Shown here: positions 1-9,244 of the stretch, piece after piece
Layout of the letters: every line of letters starts with the position of its first letter
Numbering within the stretch: the stretch's first letter is position 1
Source of the DNA: an uncultured Chthonomonadaceae bacterium
GTDB taxonomy: Bacteria; Armatimonadota; Chthonomonadetes; Chthonomonadales; Chthonomonadaceae
Length of the DNA stretch: 64,000 nt
NCBI GenBank assembly: GCA_963817895.1
Contig: CAWFQB010000011.1
Coordinates: forward strand, 224,001 to 288,000
Reading direction: 5' to 3'
Made by a program: the position numbers and the translations under genes
Notes under the pieces: model-generated
What the model was told of the DNA's origin: nothing
Databases searched by the model: none
What the model saw: only the letters and a program-made list of their open reading frames with translations

Positions 1-67
1 CGTCGTCTGCGGTGGCGGCGCGATCCGCGATTTGAACGCGATCACCCTCTTTGAATGTCGTTGCCAT
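1..67 (-). CDS. 5' end of a hypothetical protein (MATTFKEGDRVQIADRAATADD...), runs off the window
   Basis: ATG at 67 preceded by AGGAGA RBS; frame open to the window edge. Confidence 0.6.
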   Translation of the reverse strand, partial: MATTFKEGDRVQIADRAATADD

Positions 68-148
68 ATGTTGTCTCCTGCAATGTCGTCCTGTTGTTGA
101 TGTTTGTTGATAGTAGTATACCCTGTTATGCGGCCGTAGCAAGCAGAT

Positions 149-1249
149 TCATGGACTGACCAGCGTCATTGCCAGAACTTCAGTGACGAGCGCGACGTTG
201 GCGTTGGCGTCCAGGCGGCGGCGGGCAGGAGAAGGGCGTCCAGGCAGCGCATCCAGCGTTCGGGCGCGAGAGCGTGCCAGACGTGACAAGCGTCTGAACG
301 CGATCCTGATTGACGACATGGACGCTGCCTGCGCCCGCGCTCAGAGTGAGCAGGTCGCGATAAAAGGCGACGAGCAGATCGAAGACGGCGGCCTGCTGTC
401 GCGTCCCGCCCGCTCTTTGCCGCGTTCCGCCCTCCCTCGTCACTGTCGCCAGCGGGTTCTTCCCCGACAAGGGCTTTGGTCTGCGCGGCCAGTTTGCGCA
501 TCTGTTCGGCGAGTCTCAGGGCGCGAACACGCGGGGCGTCCGGCAGTTGCTCGGCAAAGTCCAGAACGCGCGCGATCTCCTCGCCGACGCGGGCATCTTG
601 CGCCATCTGCACGGCCTGCCCGATGCGGCCTTCGGCATACGCGGCCAGCATCGCGGCGCGGGCGGGTTCCACGCCAGCGTTGTCGCGCAGATATGCGCCA
701 GGTCTTCGGTTCGGGAGCGGGCGCAGGCGAATCACCTGACTGCGGGACACAATGGTCGGGCAGGACGCGGGCGGGGTGGGTGGCGAGCAGGATGAACAGG
801 GCGTAGGGCGGCGGCTCTTCCAGCACTTTGAGCAGGCTGTTGGCGGCGGATTCGTTGAGCGTTTCGGCCTGTTCCAGAATGTACACGCGGCGTTTGCCGA
901 TCTGGGGCGCGAAGTTGAGCGTGTGCGAAAGAATGCCCTGCGGCTTGTTGTCCCGATCCCAGAACTGCCAGATTTGCATCTGCTCGCCGGCGGGATAAAT
1001 GGTGGCGATTTCCGGCTGCGTCCCCGCTTCCATGCGCCGGCACGACTCGCATTCCCGCAGGCGTCGAACGGGTGCATGGCGCGGCGTCAGGCAGGCGACC
1101 GCCTGCGCGAACGCCCGCGCCAGCGCGCCTTTGCCGACGCCCGCCGGCCCGGCAAACAGATAGGTTCCGGGCAGTTGCTCGGCTTCCAGCGCCTTGCGCA
1201 GCGCGCCGATGGCCGCTTCCTGCCCAAACAAGGAGGAGAGAGTAGGCAT
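149..1249 (-). CDS. holB: DNA polymerase III subunit delta' (several apparent frameshifts)
   Basis: YLFAGPAGVGK P-loop, AETLNESAANSLLKVLEEPP, PTIVSRSQ, C-terminal RRRLDANANVAL, spread over several frames. Confidence 0.9.
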
Positions 1250-1351
1250 GGTATTCGGTATTCGGTATTCGGTGTTCGGTACTACTTGAGGCTGCATAAT
1301 GAGAGTAAATTGCTATCTGTTATACTCCCGAACACCGAATACCGAATACCG
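1250..1351. repeat. Inverted pair of heptamer arrays (GGTATTC)n / (CGAATAC)n
   Basis: ggtattcggtattcggtattcggtgttcgg at 1250-1279 and cgaacaccgaataccgaatacc at 1329-1350. Confidence 0.85.
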
Positions 1352-2344
1352 CTACGCAAGCGCCTCCTCAATGGCTTTGAGCGTGTCTTTGTCCAGCGTG
1401 ACGCCGGACGCGCCCGCGTTGTCTTCCACCTGCGAGGGCTTGCTGGCCCCGATGATGACGCTGGACACGTTCGGCTGGCGCAGACACCAGGCGAGGGCGA
1501 GTTGGGGCATGGACAGGCCCAAGCCCTCCGCGATGGGAACCAGTTTCTGCACCTTTTCCAGCTGCGCCTGATCCGCCAGTTTGCCGTCTTCCATTTCATG
1601 AAACATGTTCTGTTTGGGGTCGGCGGCGCGGCTGTCGGCGGGAACCGGCTGGCCGGGCTTGTACTTGCCCGTGAGAACGCCCTGCGCGAGCGGCGAATAC
1701 ACGATCTGCCCGATGCCCTCGCGCTCACACGTCGGAATCACGGCTCTTTTCCAGGTCGCGCCCGAGCATGTTGTAGTAGGGCTGGCTGGACACGAAGCGG
1801 TCGAGGTTGTGCGTCTCCTGAAACTTGACCGCATCCGCGATTTGCGGCGCGCTCCACTGGCTGAAGCCGATGTACAGAACTTTGCCCTGCGAAACCAGAT
1901 CATCGAGGGCGCGCAGCGTCTCTTCCAGCGGCGTTTCGGTGTCGTAGCGGTGGCACTGGTACAGGTCAATGTAGTCCATGCCCAGGCGCTTCAGACTGGC
2001 CTCGCACTGCTCCATGATGTGCTTGCGCGACAGCCCCTGATTGTTGGGCATCGGCCCGTCGTTCATCGGAAAGTACACTTTGGTCGCCACGACGTAGCGT
2101 ATCGCGGGGATATTTGCTCAAGGCGCGTCCCGACTACGTCTTCGCTTTTGCCCCGCGCATACACATTGGCGGTATCGAAAAAGTTGATGCCCAGTTCATA
2201 CGCGCGGTCAATGCACGCTTCCGCGGTCTGGTCTTCGGTCGCGTTGCCGAACGTCAGCCAACTGCCCAGACAAACCTCGCTCACTTTCAAGCCGCTCGCG
2301 CCCAATCGCCGGTATTGCATTTTCTTTGTGGTATCGGAAGTCAT
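1352..2344 (-). CDS. Aldo/keto reductase, Kv-beta/Tas-like (frameshifted)
   Basis: RLGASGLKVSEVCLGSW, FFDTANVY, SLKRLGMDYIDLYQCH, YSPLAQGVLTGKY across ORFs 2063-2344, 1725-2090 and 1352-1969. Confidence 0.9.
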
Positions 2345-2406
2345 TTCGTGATCGCCCCTTCTGTTGAGTAGTTTAGCTTGCTACGGCGTTGTGGCGATTT
2401 GGTTCC

Positions 2407-2931
2407 TTATATGCGGGAAGCGTCTGCCAGAACCTGGCGTATATTGTTCATGGAAATGAACAGCAGCGATTCTCCATAAGGGTGTGGTTCAAAACCGTAC
2501 CTGTCGTAAAGACGTTTTCCTTCAGCGGTGTAGGAAAGCTGCATACCTGCAATTCCAAGCAGAGCCGAGGCGGTGTTTACAATATGAAGGGCTTCAAGCA
2601 GCAAGTAATCTCCAATTCCCTGTCCGCGATACTGGATGTGACGGGCAAGACAGACAAGTTCCGCGACGGGTATGATGTGCTGCCCGATATAGTTTTCTGA
2701 GTGAAGATAATACGAGTCGGCGCGAAGCGTAATGTAACCGGCTACAGCAGAGGAAGATATTGCTGGATCGAGGAGAACAAAAGTGCGTGATAGATCGCGC
2801 TTTGCTTCGTCCAAAGCATTCTCCTGAAGGAAGAAGTTCAGATAAGAGTTCTGAGAATCGAATTGCGCAACATCATGCTGTTCAGAAAGCGTTTCAAAAC
2901 GATAGCGCTCCTGTGTGGTTCGCATATCCAT
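2407..2931 (-). CDS. GNAT acetyltransferase, TacT/AtaT-like toxin
   Basis: HDVAQFDS..YLNFFLQENA, VAGYITL, YRGQGIG acetyl-CoA motif, LYDRYGF; directly downstream of a small ORF. Confidence 0.8.
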   Translation of the reverse strand: MDMRTTQERYRFETLSEQHDVAQFDSQNSYLNFFLQENALDEAKRDLSRTFVLLDPAISSSAVAGYITLRADSYYLHSENYIGQHIIPVAELVCLARHIQYRGQGIGDYLLLEALHIVNTASALLGIAGMQLSYTAEGKRLYDRYGFEPHPYGESLLFISMNNIRQVLADASRI

Positions 2932-2934
2932 AGG

Positions 2935-3147
2935 TTATGGTAATTTCTCGGCTTTGATTTGCTTGTAGTTCTCAATGGCCTGTTTCATTGCGGGCGTCAA
3001 AGGTTTCGCCGGTTCCGAGAGGTATTTAAGGAGAGCTTCTGATTGCTCTTTATTGAGTATGATAGGTCCAACCGGCGCAGGCATATTGGGCGGTGTTGGG
3101 GGAACAGCAGGCGGTTCGCTTGTAATTTCGCGCTCTTTGATTGCCAT
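2935..3147 (-). CDS. Putative antitoxin with DUF1778/TacA-like C-terminal part
   Basis: IILNKEQSEALLKYLSEPAKPLTPAMKQAI resembles the DUF1778 C-terminus; AGGAG RBS; 3 bp from the toxin start. Confidence 0.65.
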   Translation of the reverse strand: MAIKEREITSEPPAVPPTPPNMPAPVGPIILNKEQSEALLKYLSEPAKPLTPAMKQAIENYKQIKAEKLP

Positions 3148-3232
3148 GATGAAACTCCTTAATTTGTTGTTTTATTGTATCGGCAAGCCAGCTTTTTGTC
3201 AAGATAAGCAAGACTGAAATGAGAAACACGTT

Positions 3233-4189
3233 TTAACCCTGAACAGCATGAGGCAAGGTTCTTCCTTGAATACCGGCAACAAGGTTTTCCGCCGCGAGAA
3301 CAGCCATTTTAGTTCGGGTGGCAATAGACGCGGAACCGATGTGCGGCAGCAAAACAACATTGTCCAGCGCGCAAAGGGGATCGTCGGGCGGCAGCGGTTC
3401 CACATTGAACACGTCCAAACCGGCTCCCGCAATTTGATGATTACGCAATGCGTTCACGAGCGCGGCAGTATCTACAACCGGGCCGCGCGCCGTGTTGATG
3501 AGCATGGCGGACGGCTTCATTCGCGCCAGTTGTTCCACGCCGATGAGGTGACGGGTTTCCGGTGTCAGGGGCGCGTGGAGGGATACGAAATCGCTTTCAG
3601 AAAGCAACGTGTTCAGGTCTACGCGCTTCGCGCCGAAATCCTGTTCCACATCCGGGTGCGGTGAACGGCTGGAATACAGCAGGTTCATTTGAAAGCCATG
3701 CGCCCGCCGCGCCATCTCGTACCCGATGCGCCCCATACCGACGATGCCTAATGTGGCGTGATGAATGTCCGGCCCGACGAGCAGCATGGGCGACCACGTT
3801 TGCCACTGTCCCGCCCGCAAAAAGCGTTCGGCCTCGACAACCCGCCGCGCCGTCGCCAATAGCAGGGCAAACGCAAGGTCAGCGGTCGTTTCCGTCAGCA
3901 CTCCGGGCGTATTGCCCACAGCGATATTCCGCGCCCGACACGCCGCCACATCTATATTATCCACGCCAACCGCCATCTGACTGACCACGCGCAGACGAGG
4001 CGCATTGTCCAGCAGTTCACCGTCAATCTTATCCGTGAGCAGGCATAACAAACCGTCCACGCCACGAATTTTCTCCCGCAAAACCTCCCGCGGAACCGGC
4101 CTGTCTTCGTCCCATACTTCCATCTCCGCCGCTTGTCGTATAATGTTCAATGCTTCGTTTGGCAACTGTCGCGTAATATAAACTTTCAT
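3233..4189 (-). CDS. D-glycerate dehydrogenase / glyoxylate reductase
   Basis: NTPGVLTETTAD, GIVGMGRIG, INTARG, GLDVF.EP, PHIGSA. Confidence 0.92.
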   Translation of the reverse strand: MKVYITRQLPNEALNIIRQAAEMEVWDEDRPVPREVLREKIRGVDGLLCLLTDKIDGELLDNAPRLRVVSQMAVGVDNIDVAACRARNIAVGNTPGVLTETTADLAFALLLATARRVVEAERFLRAGQWQTWSPMLLVGPDIHHATLGIVGMGRIGYEMARRAHGFQMNLLYSSRSPHPDVEQDFGAKRVDLNTLLSESDFVSLHAPLTPETRHLIGVEQLARMKPSAMLINTARGPVVDTAALVNALRNHQIAGAGLDVFNVEPLPPDDPLCALDNVVLLPHIGSASIATRTKMAVLAAENLVAGIQGRTLPHAVQG

Positions 4190-4198
4190 CGGTATTTT

Positions 4199-4274
4199 TC
4201 TGTGAAGCCTCTGTGTCTCTGTGTTTCTGTGGTGAGGATGTATTCGCGTGTATTCGCGTTGATTTGCGGCTAAA
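4199..4274. repeat. Single arms of repeat family F (CTCTGTG..) and family G (ATTCGCGT..GCGGCTAA)
   Basis: Matches 15436-15473 and 27839-27960 (F); reverse complement of 4242-4274 equals 61277-61309 (G). Confidence 0.85.
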
Positions 4275-4286
4275 TCTCTCCGGCTT

Positions 4287-5087
4287 TCAGTATCTTGGCG
4301 TACCCGATTGCGCGGCAGAATCGCCAATCACCGCTTGAGACGCGCTGCGGGCGGCTTCCAGCATAAAGCCGAGTTCGCTGCTGATGGCGAGGAAGCGCCA
4401 GCCCTCCTCAATCCTGCGCTGCGCGGTTTGCGCGTTGGAAACGTGGATGCCGGGGGCAATGTTGCAATGGTTGGCGGTGGTTCGTAGATGCAGAAGCGCG
4501 TCCAGAAAGGCCGGGTCTTGCGAGTCCATACTGGACGTTTTGTGCATGGAGGAGAGGAGATCGTTGGGGCCGACGAACATGCCGTCAATGCCGGGAACCG
4601 CGAAAATCTGTTCGCAGTTTTCCACCGCCTGTATATGTTCCGCTTGCACAATCACCAGAATCTCGTCATTGGCGCGGGAAAAATATTCCGGCGCGCTGCA
4701 ATTAAAGTTAAGCGTATGCAACGCCCCCCCGATGCTACGCTCTCCATACGGCGGGTATTTACACGCGGCAACCGCCCGTTCCGCCTCTTCGACCGTATTG
4801 CACATCGGGAACACGATGCCATACGCGCCCGCGTCCAGAACGCGCTTGACGTTTTCCAGACTGTTGAACGGGATGCGGGCAAGGGGAATACCGCCCGCTT
4901 CGGCAATCGAGCCGAATATCTGCGCCGCAACCGACCAGTCTACGGGCGTATGCTCCATATCCAGCGTAAGCCAGTGGAACCCGGAGCGGGTCATAAAGCG
5001 GGCGGCGAGCGGACTGGCAAGCGACAGCCAGGTTCCAATCTGCGTCTGTCCGTCGCGCAGTGCGGCTTTCACCGTGTTGGTACGCAT
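4287..5087 (-). CDS. HpcH/HpaI family aldolase
   Basis: WLTLDMEH, KRVLDAGA, KYPPYGERS, DGMFVGPNDL. Confidence 0.9.
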   Translation of the reverse strand: MRTNTVKAALRDGQTQIGTWLSLASPLAARFMTRSGFHWLTLDMEHTPVDWSVAAQIFGSIAEAGGIPLARIPFNSLENVKRVLDAGAYGIVFPMCNTVEEAERAVAACKYPPYGERSIGGALHTLNFNCSAPEYFSRANDEILVIVQAEHIQAVENCEQIFAVPGIDGMFVGPNDLLSSMHKTSSMDSQDPAFLDALLHLRTTANHCNIAPGIHVSNAQTAQRRIEEGWRFLAISSELGFMLEAARSASQAVIGDSAAQSGTPRY

Positions 5088-5112
5088 AATAAGGGTTCTC
5101 CAGAGGTTGAAA

Positions 5113-5145
5113 TTAGCCGCGAATGAACGCGAATACACGCGAATA
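5113..5145. repeat. Family G repeat arm
   Basis: ttagccgcgaatgaacgcgaatacacgcgaata, inverted relative to 4241-4273. Confidence 0.8.
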
Positions 5146-5150
5146 AAATG

Positions 5151-6161
5151 CTAAGATGTTTTCAGGCGCAACGCAGGGGATTGCCAAACGGCAGGGTTGC
5201 AAATAGGCGCGTTACGTTCGCCGTTCCACAGGTTCAGGACGTTTTGCACGGTCTGCATACTGGTTGCTAAAGCAGTTTCTCTCGCGTTGAAAGCATTGTG
5301 CGGGGTGAGGACACAGCGCGGGGCGTTGCGCAAGGGATGGTCGGGCGCGAGGGGTTCTTTGGCATATACGTCTAAGGCCGCGCCCGCGATTTGACCGGCT
5401 TCCAGCGCGGTTCGTAAGGCCGTTTCGTCTACCAACGCGCCCCGCGCCGTGTTGACGAGATACGCGGAGGGTTTCATTTGCGCCAATCGTTCCGCATTGA
5501 CCATATTGCGGGTTTCCGGCACATTGGGCGCGTGAAGGGACACGAAATCGCTTTGCGCGAACAATTCATCTAGCGTAACGAATTCCACGTTCGCGAGTTC
5601 CGGCGGCAGCGCGGACTTGTTTGCTTCTAAGGGCGGATCGTAGGCTAGAATCCTCATACTGAATCCGGCAGCGCGACGAGCCACGCCCTGCCCGATTTGC
5701 CCCAATCCGACAAGCCCAAGCGTTTTGCCGCATACGAGTACGCCGGTCAGTTCGCCCCAACCGCCCTTTCGTATCAGCGCGTCGCCTTCGGGAATCTTGC
5801 GGGCGAGACTGAGCAGGAGGGCGAATGTGTAATCGGCAACCGGGTCGGTCATGGAACCCGGACAGTTGGTAATCAAGACTCCGGCTTCGGCGGCGGCTTT
5901 CAAGTCTATGCTGTCAATGCCCACGCCCCACCGCGACACGATTTGCAGGGACGGATTGGACGCGAAGACCTGCGCCGTGTAGCCGTCACTGGACGCGATC
6001 ACGGCATCAAACCCCTCGAGCAGGGGAAGGAGCGTTGCTTCGGGAAGCGGGCCGGGAGTGGGAGTATACACGACTTCAATCCCATTCTCTTTCAGCACGG
6101 CTTCGGCGTGTGTGCCGTGATCCCAAAATGCCCGCGCCGTAATCAGTACCCGTTTTGCCAT
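5151..6161 (-). CDS. Phosphoglycerate dehydrogenase-like D-2-hydroxyacid dehydrogenase
   Basis: SRWGVGIDSID, GLVGLGQIG, VNTARG, ALDVY.KEP, TPHNAF. Confidence 0.9.
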   Translation of the reverse strand: MAKRVLITARAFWDHGTHAEAVLKENGIEVVYTPTPGPLPEATLLPLLEGFDAVIASSDGYTAQVFASNPSLQIVSRWGVGIDSIDLKAAAEAGVLITNCPGSMTDPVADYTFALLLSLARKIPEGDALIRKGGWGELTGVLVCGKTLGLVGLGQIGQGVARRAAGFSMRILAYDPPLEANKSALPPELANVEFVTLDELFAQSDFVSLHAPNVPETRNMVNAERLAQMKPSAYLVNTARGALVDETALRTALEAGQIAGAALDVYAKEPLAPDHPLRNAPRCVLTPHNAFNARETALATSMQTVQNVLNLWNGERNAPICNPAVWQSPALRLKTS

Positions 6162-6429
6162 GCTGTTTGCTCCTCGACGGCAAGGCAAAGTCCGCCTGCC
6201 CCGCAATATGTGGATTATCCCCGTCAAGTTGAACACATCACATAAAAATTCCCTGCCTGATTTTGAATTATTTTTCTGTTTTCATGCGGATTTCATACCC
6301 TCCTTCTATAATAACCACAATCCGCTCACGGATAAGTTCGCTTCCAAACGAAATACAACGCGCAAACGCTTGTTTCCACAGCAAAGACAATCGCAAAGAA
6401 TGACACTCGCAGGAGAGAGGAAGAACATC

Positions 6430-7374
6430 ATGAAATCACGCCGCATGTACGGTGTCTCCGGTTTCGCTTTACTGACGGTTTTGGGGGGAGCGCTATGCGC
6501 AACTCCGGCAATGGCGCAGGAGCCGCAAGACGGCCCGCCGCCCGGACAGGGGCCGCAGGGTGGCCCGCCGCCTCCCGGTGGCGGACCCGGCGGGGGCGGC
6601 TTTGGTCCCGGCGGACAGGGACGACCGGGCGGGCCGGGGCAGGGGATGCGACCGGGGGGAATGAATCAGCCGCCGATGAACGTCACGCATATTCCCCTTG
6701 ACGTGTTGACCTCGGAACTAACGCTGACCGGAACGCAGAAGGATAAAATCGCGCAACTGCAAAAGCAGTTCATGCAGCAGGCGCGGCCCCCGCAGCCACA
6801 ACAGGATGGACAGGCGGGAAGTCCCCCCGACCCGGAAGCGATGCGCGCCCGCATGGACAAAATTCGCGCGCTGGATCAGAACACGACCCGGCAGATCGAA
6901 AACGTGCTGACGCCCGCGCAGAAGCAGGGATTGCCCGCTCTGGTCAAAACGCTGGAGGGTCTGCGTTCGGCGCGTATCCCGCTGGAAGTGGTTGGCGACC
7001 TGCATTTGACGGCAGATCAAAAACAGCAGTTGTCCGCGCTGACTGGCCGAATGGATGCGCAAAACCCGCAGCGGCAGCAGGAGGGCGATCAGGCGCGGCG
7101 CAACGGGCAGTTCGGCGCAACCCGCAATGTGGGCGGGCAGCAGGGCCAACTTCACGAGAAAGCGATGGCGCTTCTGACGGCGGAACAGCGCAAGACGGTA
7201 ACGGACTTCATGCAGAAGCATCCGCGCCCGCAGGGCGGGCCGGGATTTGGCCCTCCTCCTGGTGGTCCGGGTGGTCAGGGCGGCCCGGACATGCCTCCGC
7301 CTCCCGGTGGCCCCGGCGGTGAAGGTGGTCAGGGTGGCCCGCCTCCGCCTCCGCCCGGTGAACCGGAAGGTTAA
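6430..7374 (+). CDS. Secreted Spy/CpxP-like (LTxxQ) protein with Gly/Pro-rich termini
   Basis: Signal peptide ending AMA-Q; LTGTQK, LTPAQK, LTADQK, LTAEQR motifs; GAGAGG RBS. Confidence 0.75.
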   Translation: MKSRRMYGVSGFALLTVLGGALCATPAMAQEPQDGPPPGQGPQGGPPPPGGGPGGGGFGPGGQGRPGGPGQGMRPGGMNQPPMNVTHIPLDVLTSELTLTGTQKDKIAQLQKQFMQQARPPQPQQDGQAGSPPDPEAMRARMDKIRALDQNTTRQIENVLTPAQKQGLPALVKTLEGLRSARIPLEVVGDLHLTADQKQQLSALTGRMDAQNPQRQQEGDQARRNGQFGATRNVGGQQGQLHEKAMALLTAEQRKTVTDFMQKHPRPQGGPGFGPPPGGPGGQGGPDMPPPPGGPGGEGGQGGPPPPPPGEPEG

Positions 7375-7382
7375 TCGCGTTC

Positions 7383-7532
7383 TTGTCTTGAACCATGATT
7401 GGGCATGATTTCGATGATTAACATGATTGAGGAGGCGCGTCTACGTCTGTTTTTCTCAACCATGCCAACTCTATATGAGCAGGCATCATCATGGTAATCA
7501 TCGAAATCATGCCCAATCATGGTTCAAGACAA
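7383..7532. repeat. Family A inverted-repeat element (about 45-bp arms, unique spacer)
   Basis: ttgtcttgaaccatgattgggcatgatttcgatgatta ... taatcatcgaaatcatgcccaatcatggttcaagacaa; second copy at 13503-13650. Confidence 0.9.
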
Positions 7533-7545
7533 ACAGGAGACTATT

Positions 7546-9105
7546 ATGTGCCGTCGCTACCGAAATACACGTTTGGTTATACCTGCCATTTTAACGCCCC
7601 TCTTGATTGTGGGGCTTGTGTATGCAGGCAGGGCGCAGACGCCGGATAAAGCGCATACGCCGCTGCTCAATTCGTGGCTGACGCGCTATTCGGGTCAGTA
7701 TGCCCGCGTGGTTGAGACAAAGGGCGGCAAACCCGTCGCGACGTGGCCGTCTGCCGGATTGCGCCGGATGGGGGGCGGGCAGTCGCTTCCCGCGTACTCG
7801 GATGTGCAGCAAATTGGCGTTTCGGGCGATTATGTGTACATCAACGGCACGGGGCTTGCCAGTCATCAAATGGGACCGTGGTACGATGGTATCAATCGCA
7901 TTTTCGGCAACTGGCCCACCAATCTGAACTACATTCGGCGTTTTCCGCTGCATCCCAAAGTGGCGGCAACCAAAGTCACCAATGGACTCGGCCCGCTGGG
8001 ATTGTGGGTCAATGGCGTTGCCCTTTTCAATCAACTGGATGGTTTTTCTTACAATTCGCTGACCCATTCCGAACCGCAAGGCCCGCCGCAACCCGGTCAG
8101 CAGAATACGGGCAACGCGCTGTGGGTGCGCAACGCGGTTGTTGTGGAACAGCCTACTTTCGACAAGTCCAATGCGCATCAACCCCAAAATGGCGAGTATC
8201 ATTACCATGCCAATCCCGTCGCCTTGCGCTATCAGCTTGACGACAACATTGCGCTAGATAAAACGACGGGCGATTATCTGGAAGACACGTCCAAACTGCA
8301 TCACTCCCCGATTTTGGGCTGGTCGCATGATGGCTACCCAATTTACGGGCCCTACGCTTATGCCGATCCCCAAAAGCCTGTAAGTGGCGTTCGGCGCATG
8401 GTGTCCGGGTTTGTGATACGAGATGGCAATCACCATACCCCCGACCTGCGCAAAACGGGGCGTCACGCGCTGGCGAAATGGGCTTCAGACCTGCACAAAA
8501 CAACAATGGCGCTGGCGGAAACGCAGTACGGGCCGGACGTGTCGCCGCGCTATCAGTTGGGACGCTACTGCGAGGACTTCGACTTTTCAGGCGATCTGGG
8601 CGAAACGCAGGGCAAAGACTTCGATCTGGACATTTATAATGGCCGCTTTTGCGTCACGCCGGAGTTCCCCGATGGCACTTACGCTTATTTCGTCACCATT
8701 ACGTCCGAGGGTACACCCGCGTATCCCTACGTTATCGGGCGGCAGTGGTACGGCGCGCCGAGCGGAGGCGACGTGCGCCAGCTAACCGAAACCGTGACCA
8801 TGATTACGGATGCCGGTCCGGGCGAGGCCGTGGAAAGCAGAGCGGAAAACGGGGCGGGCGGCAGGCAGGTGACGTGGAACTCAGTCGAGGGCGGGCATTA
8901 CCGCGTGGAGGGTTCTTCGGACGGCGTACAGTGGAAAACCGCGCGCGAAGATGTGACCAGTCAGGGCCTGACCACGCATTGCAGCCTGACCGCCGGGGAG
9001 GAAACCGCGTACCGTAAGTATCGCGTCCGGCTGGTGAAACTGGAACCCTACGATGCTATCGGCAATCGCGGCGGCATGGGAGGTCCGGGCGGCCCAAGAC
9101 CGTGA
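7546..9105 (+). CDS. Secreted YHYH-domain protein
   Basis: GPLGLWVNGV, NAHQPQNGEYHYH, HSPILGWSHDGYPIYGP, LDIYNGRFCVTPEFPDGTYAYF. Confidence 0.88.
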   Translation: MCRRYRNTRLVIPAILTPLLIVGLVYAGRAQTPDKAHTPLLNSWLTRYSGQYARVVETKGGKPVATWPSAGLRRMGGGQSLPAYSDVQQIGVSGDYVYINGTGLASHQMGPWYDGINRIFGNWPTNLNYIRRFPLHPKVAATKVTNGLGPLGLWVNGVALFNQLDGFSYNSLTHSEPQGPPQPGQQNTGNALWVRNAVVVEQPTFDKSNAHQPQNGEYHYHANPVALRYQLDDNIALDKTTGDYLEDTSKLHHSPILGWSHDGYPIYGPYAYADPQKPVSGVRRMVSGFVIRDGNHHTPDLRKTGRHALAKWASDLHKTTMALAETQYGPDVSPRYQLGRYCEDFDFSGDLGETQGKDFDLDIYNGRFCVTPEFPDGTYAYFVTITSEGTPAYPYVIGRQWYGAPSGGDVRQLTETVTMITDAGPGEAVESRAENGAGGRQVTWNSVEGGHYRVEGSSDGVQWKTAREDVTSQGLTTHCSLTAGEETAYRKYRVRLVKLEPYDAIGNRGGMGGPGGPRP

Positions 9106-9244
9106 TTACCTCACCCCCGGCCCCTCTCCTTGCCGCGCAACGCCCTGGGAGAGGGGAGAGTGTAGTTGGCAGACATGCCCAATATGTCTACACTAACCCC
9201 TTTATAATGACGTAATTTCCTGCTTCCTGTCACCATCTTCCAAT

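Noticed and set aside
149..1249. holB and ybeY as pseudogenes, or programmed frameshifting
   Set aside because: Frameshifts are frequent across unrelated genes, motifs are intact and no shared slippery site was evident; sequencing error is more likely
752..1828. Long antisense ORFs (e.g. 752-1828, 19978-20961, 38580-39614, 61337-62182)
   Set aside because: Shadow ORFs opposite well-supported genes in GC-rich DNA, with no motifs
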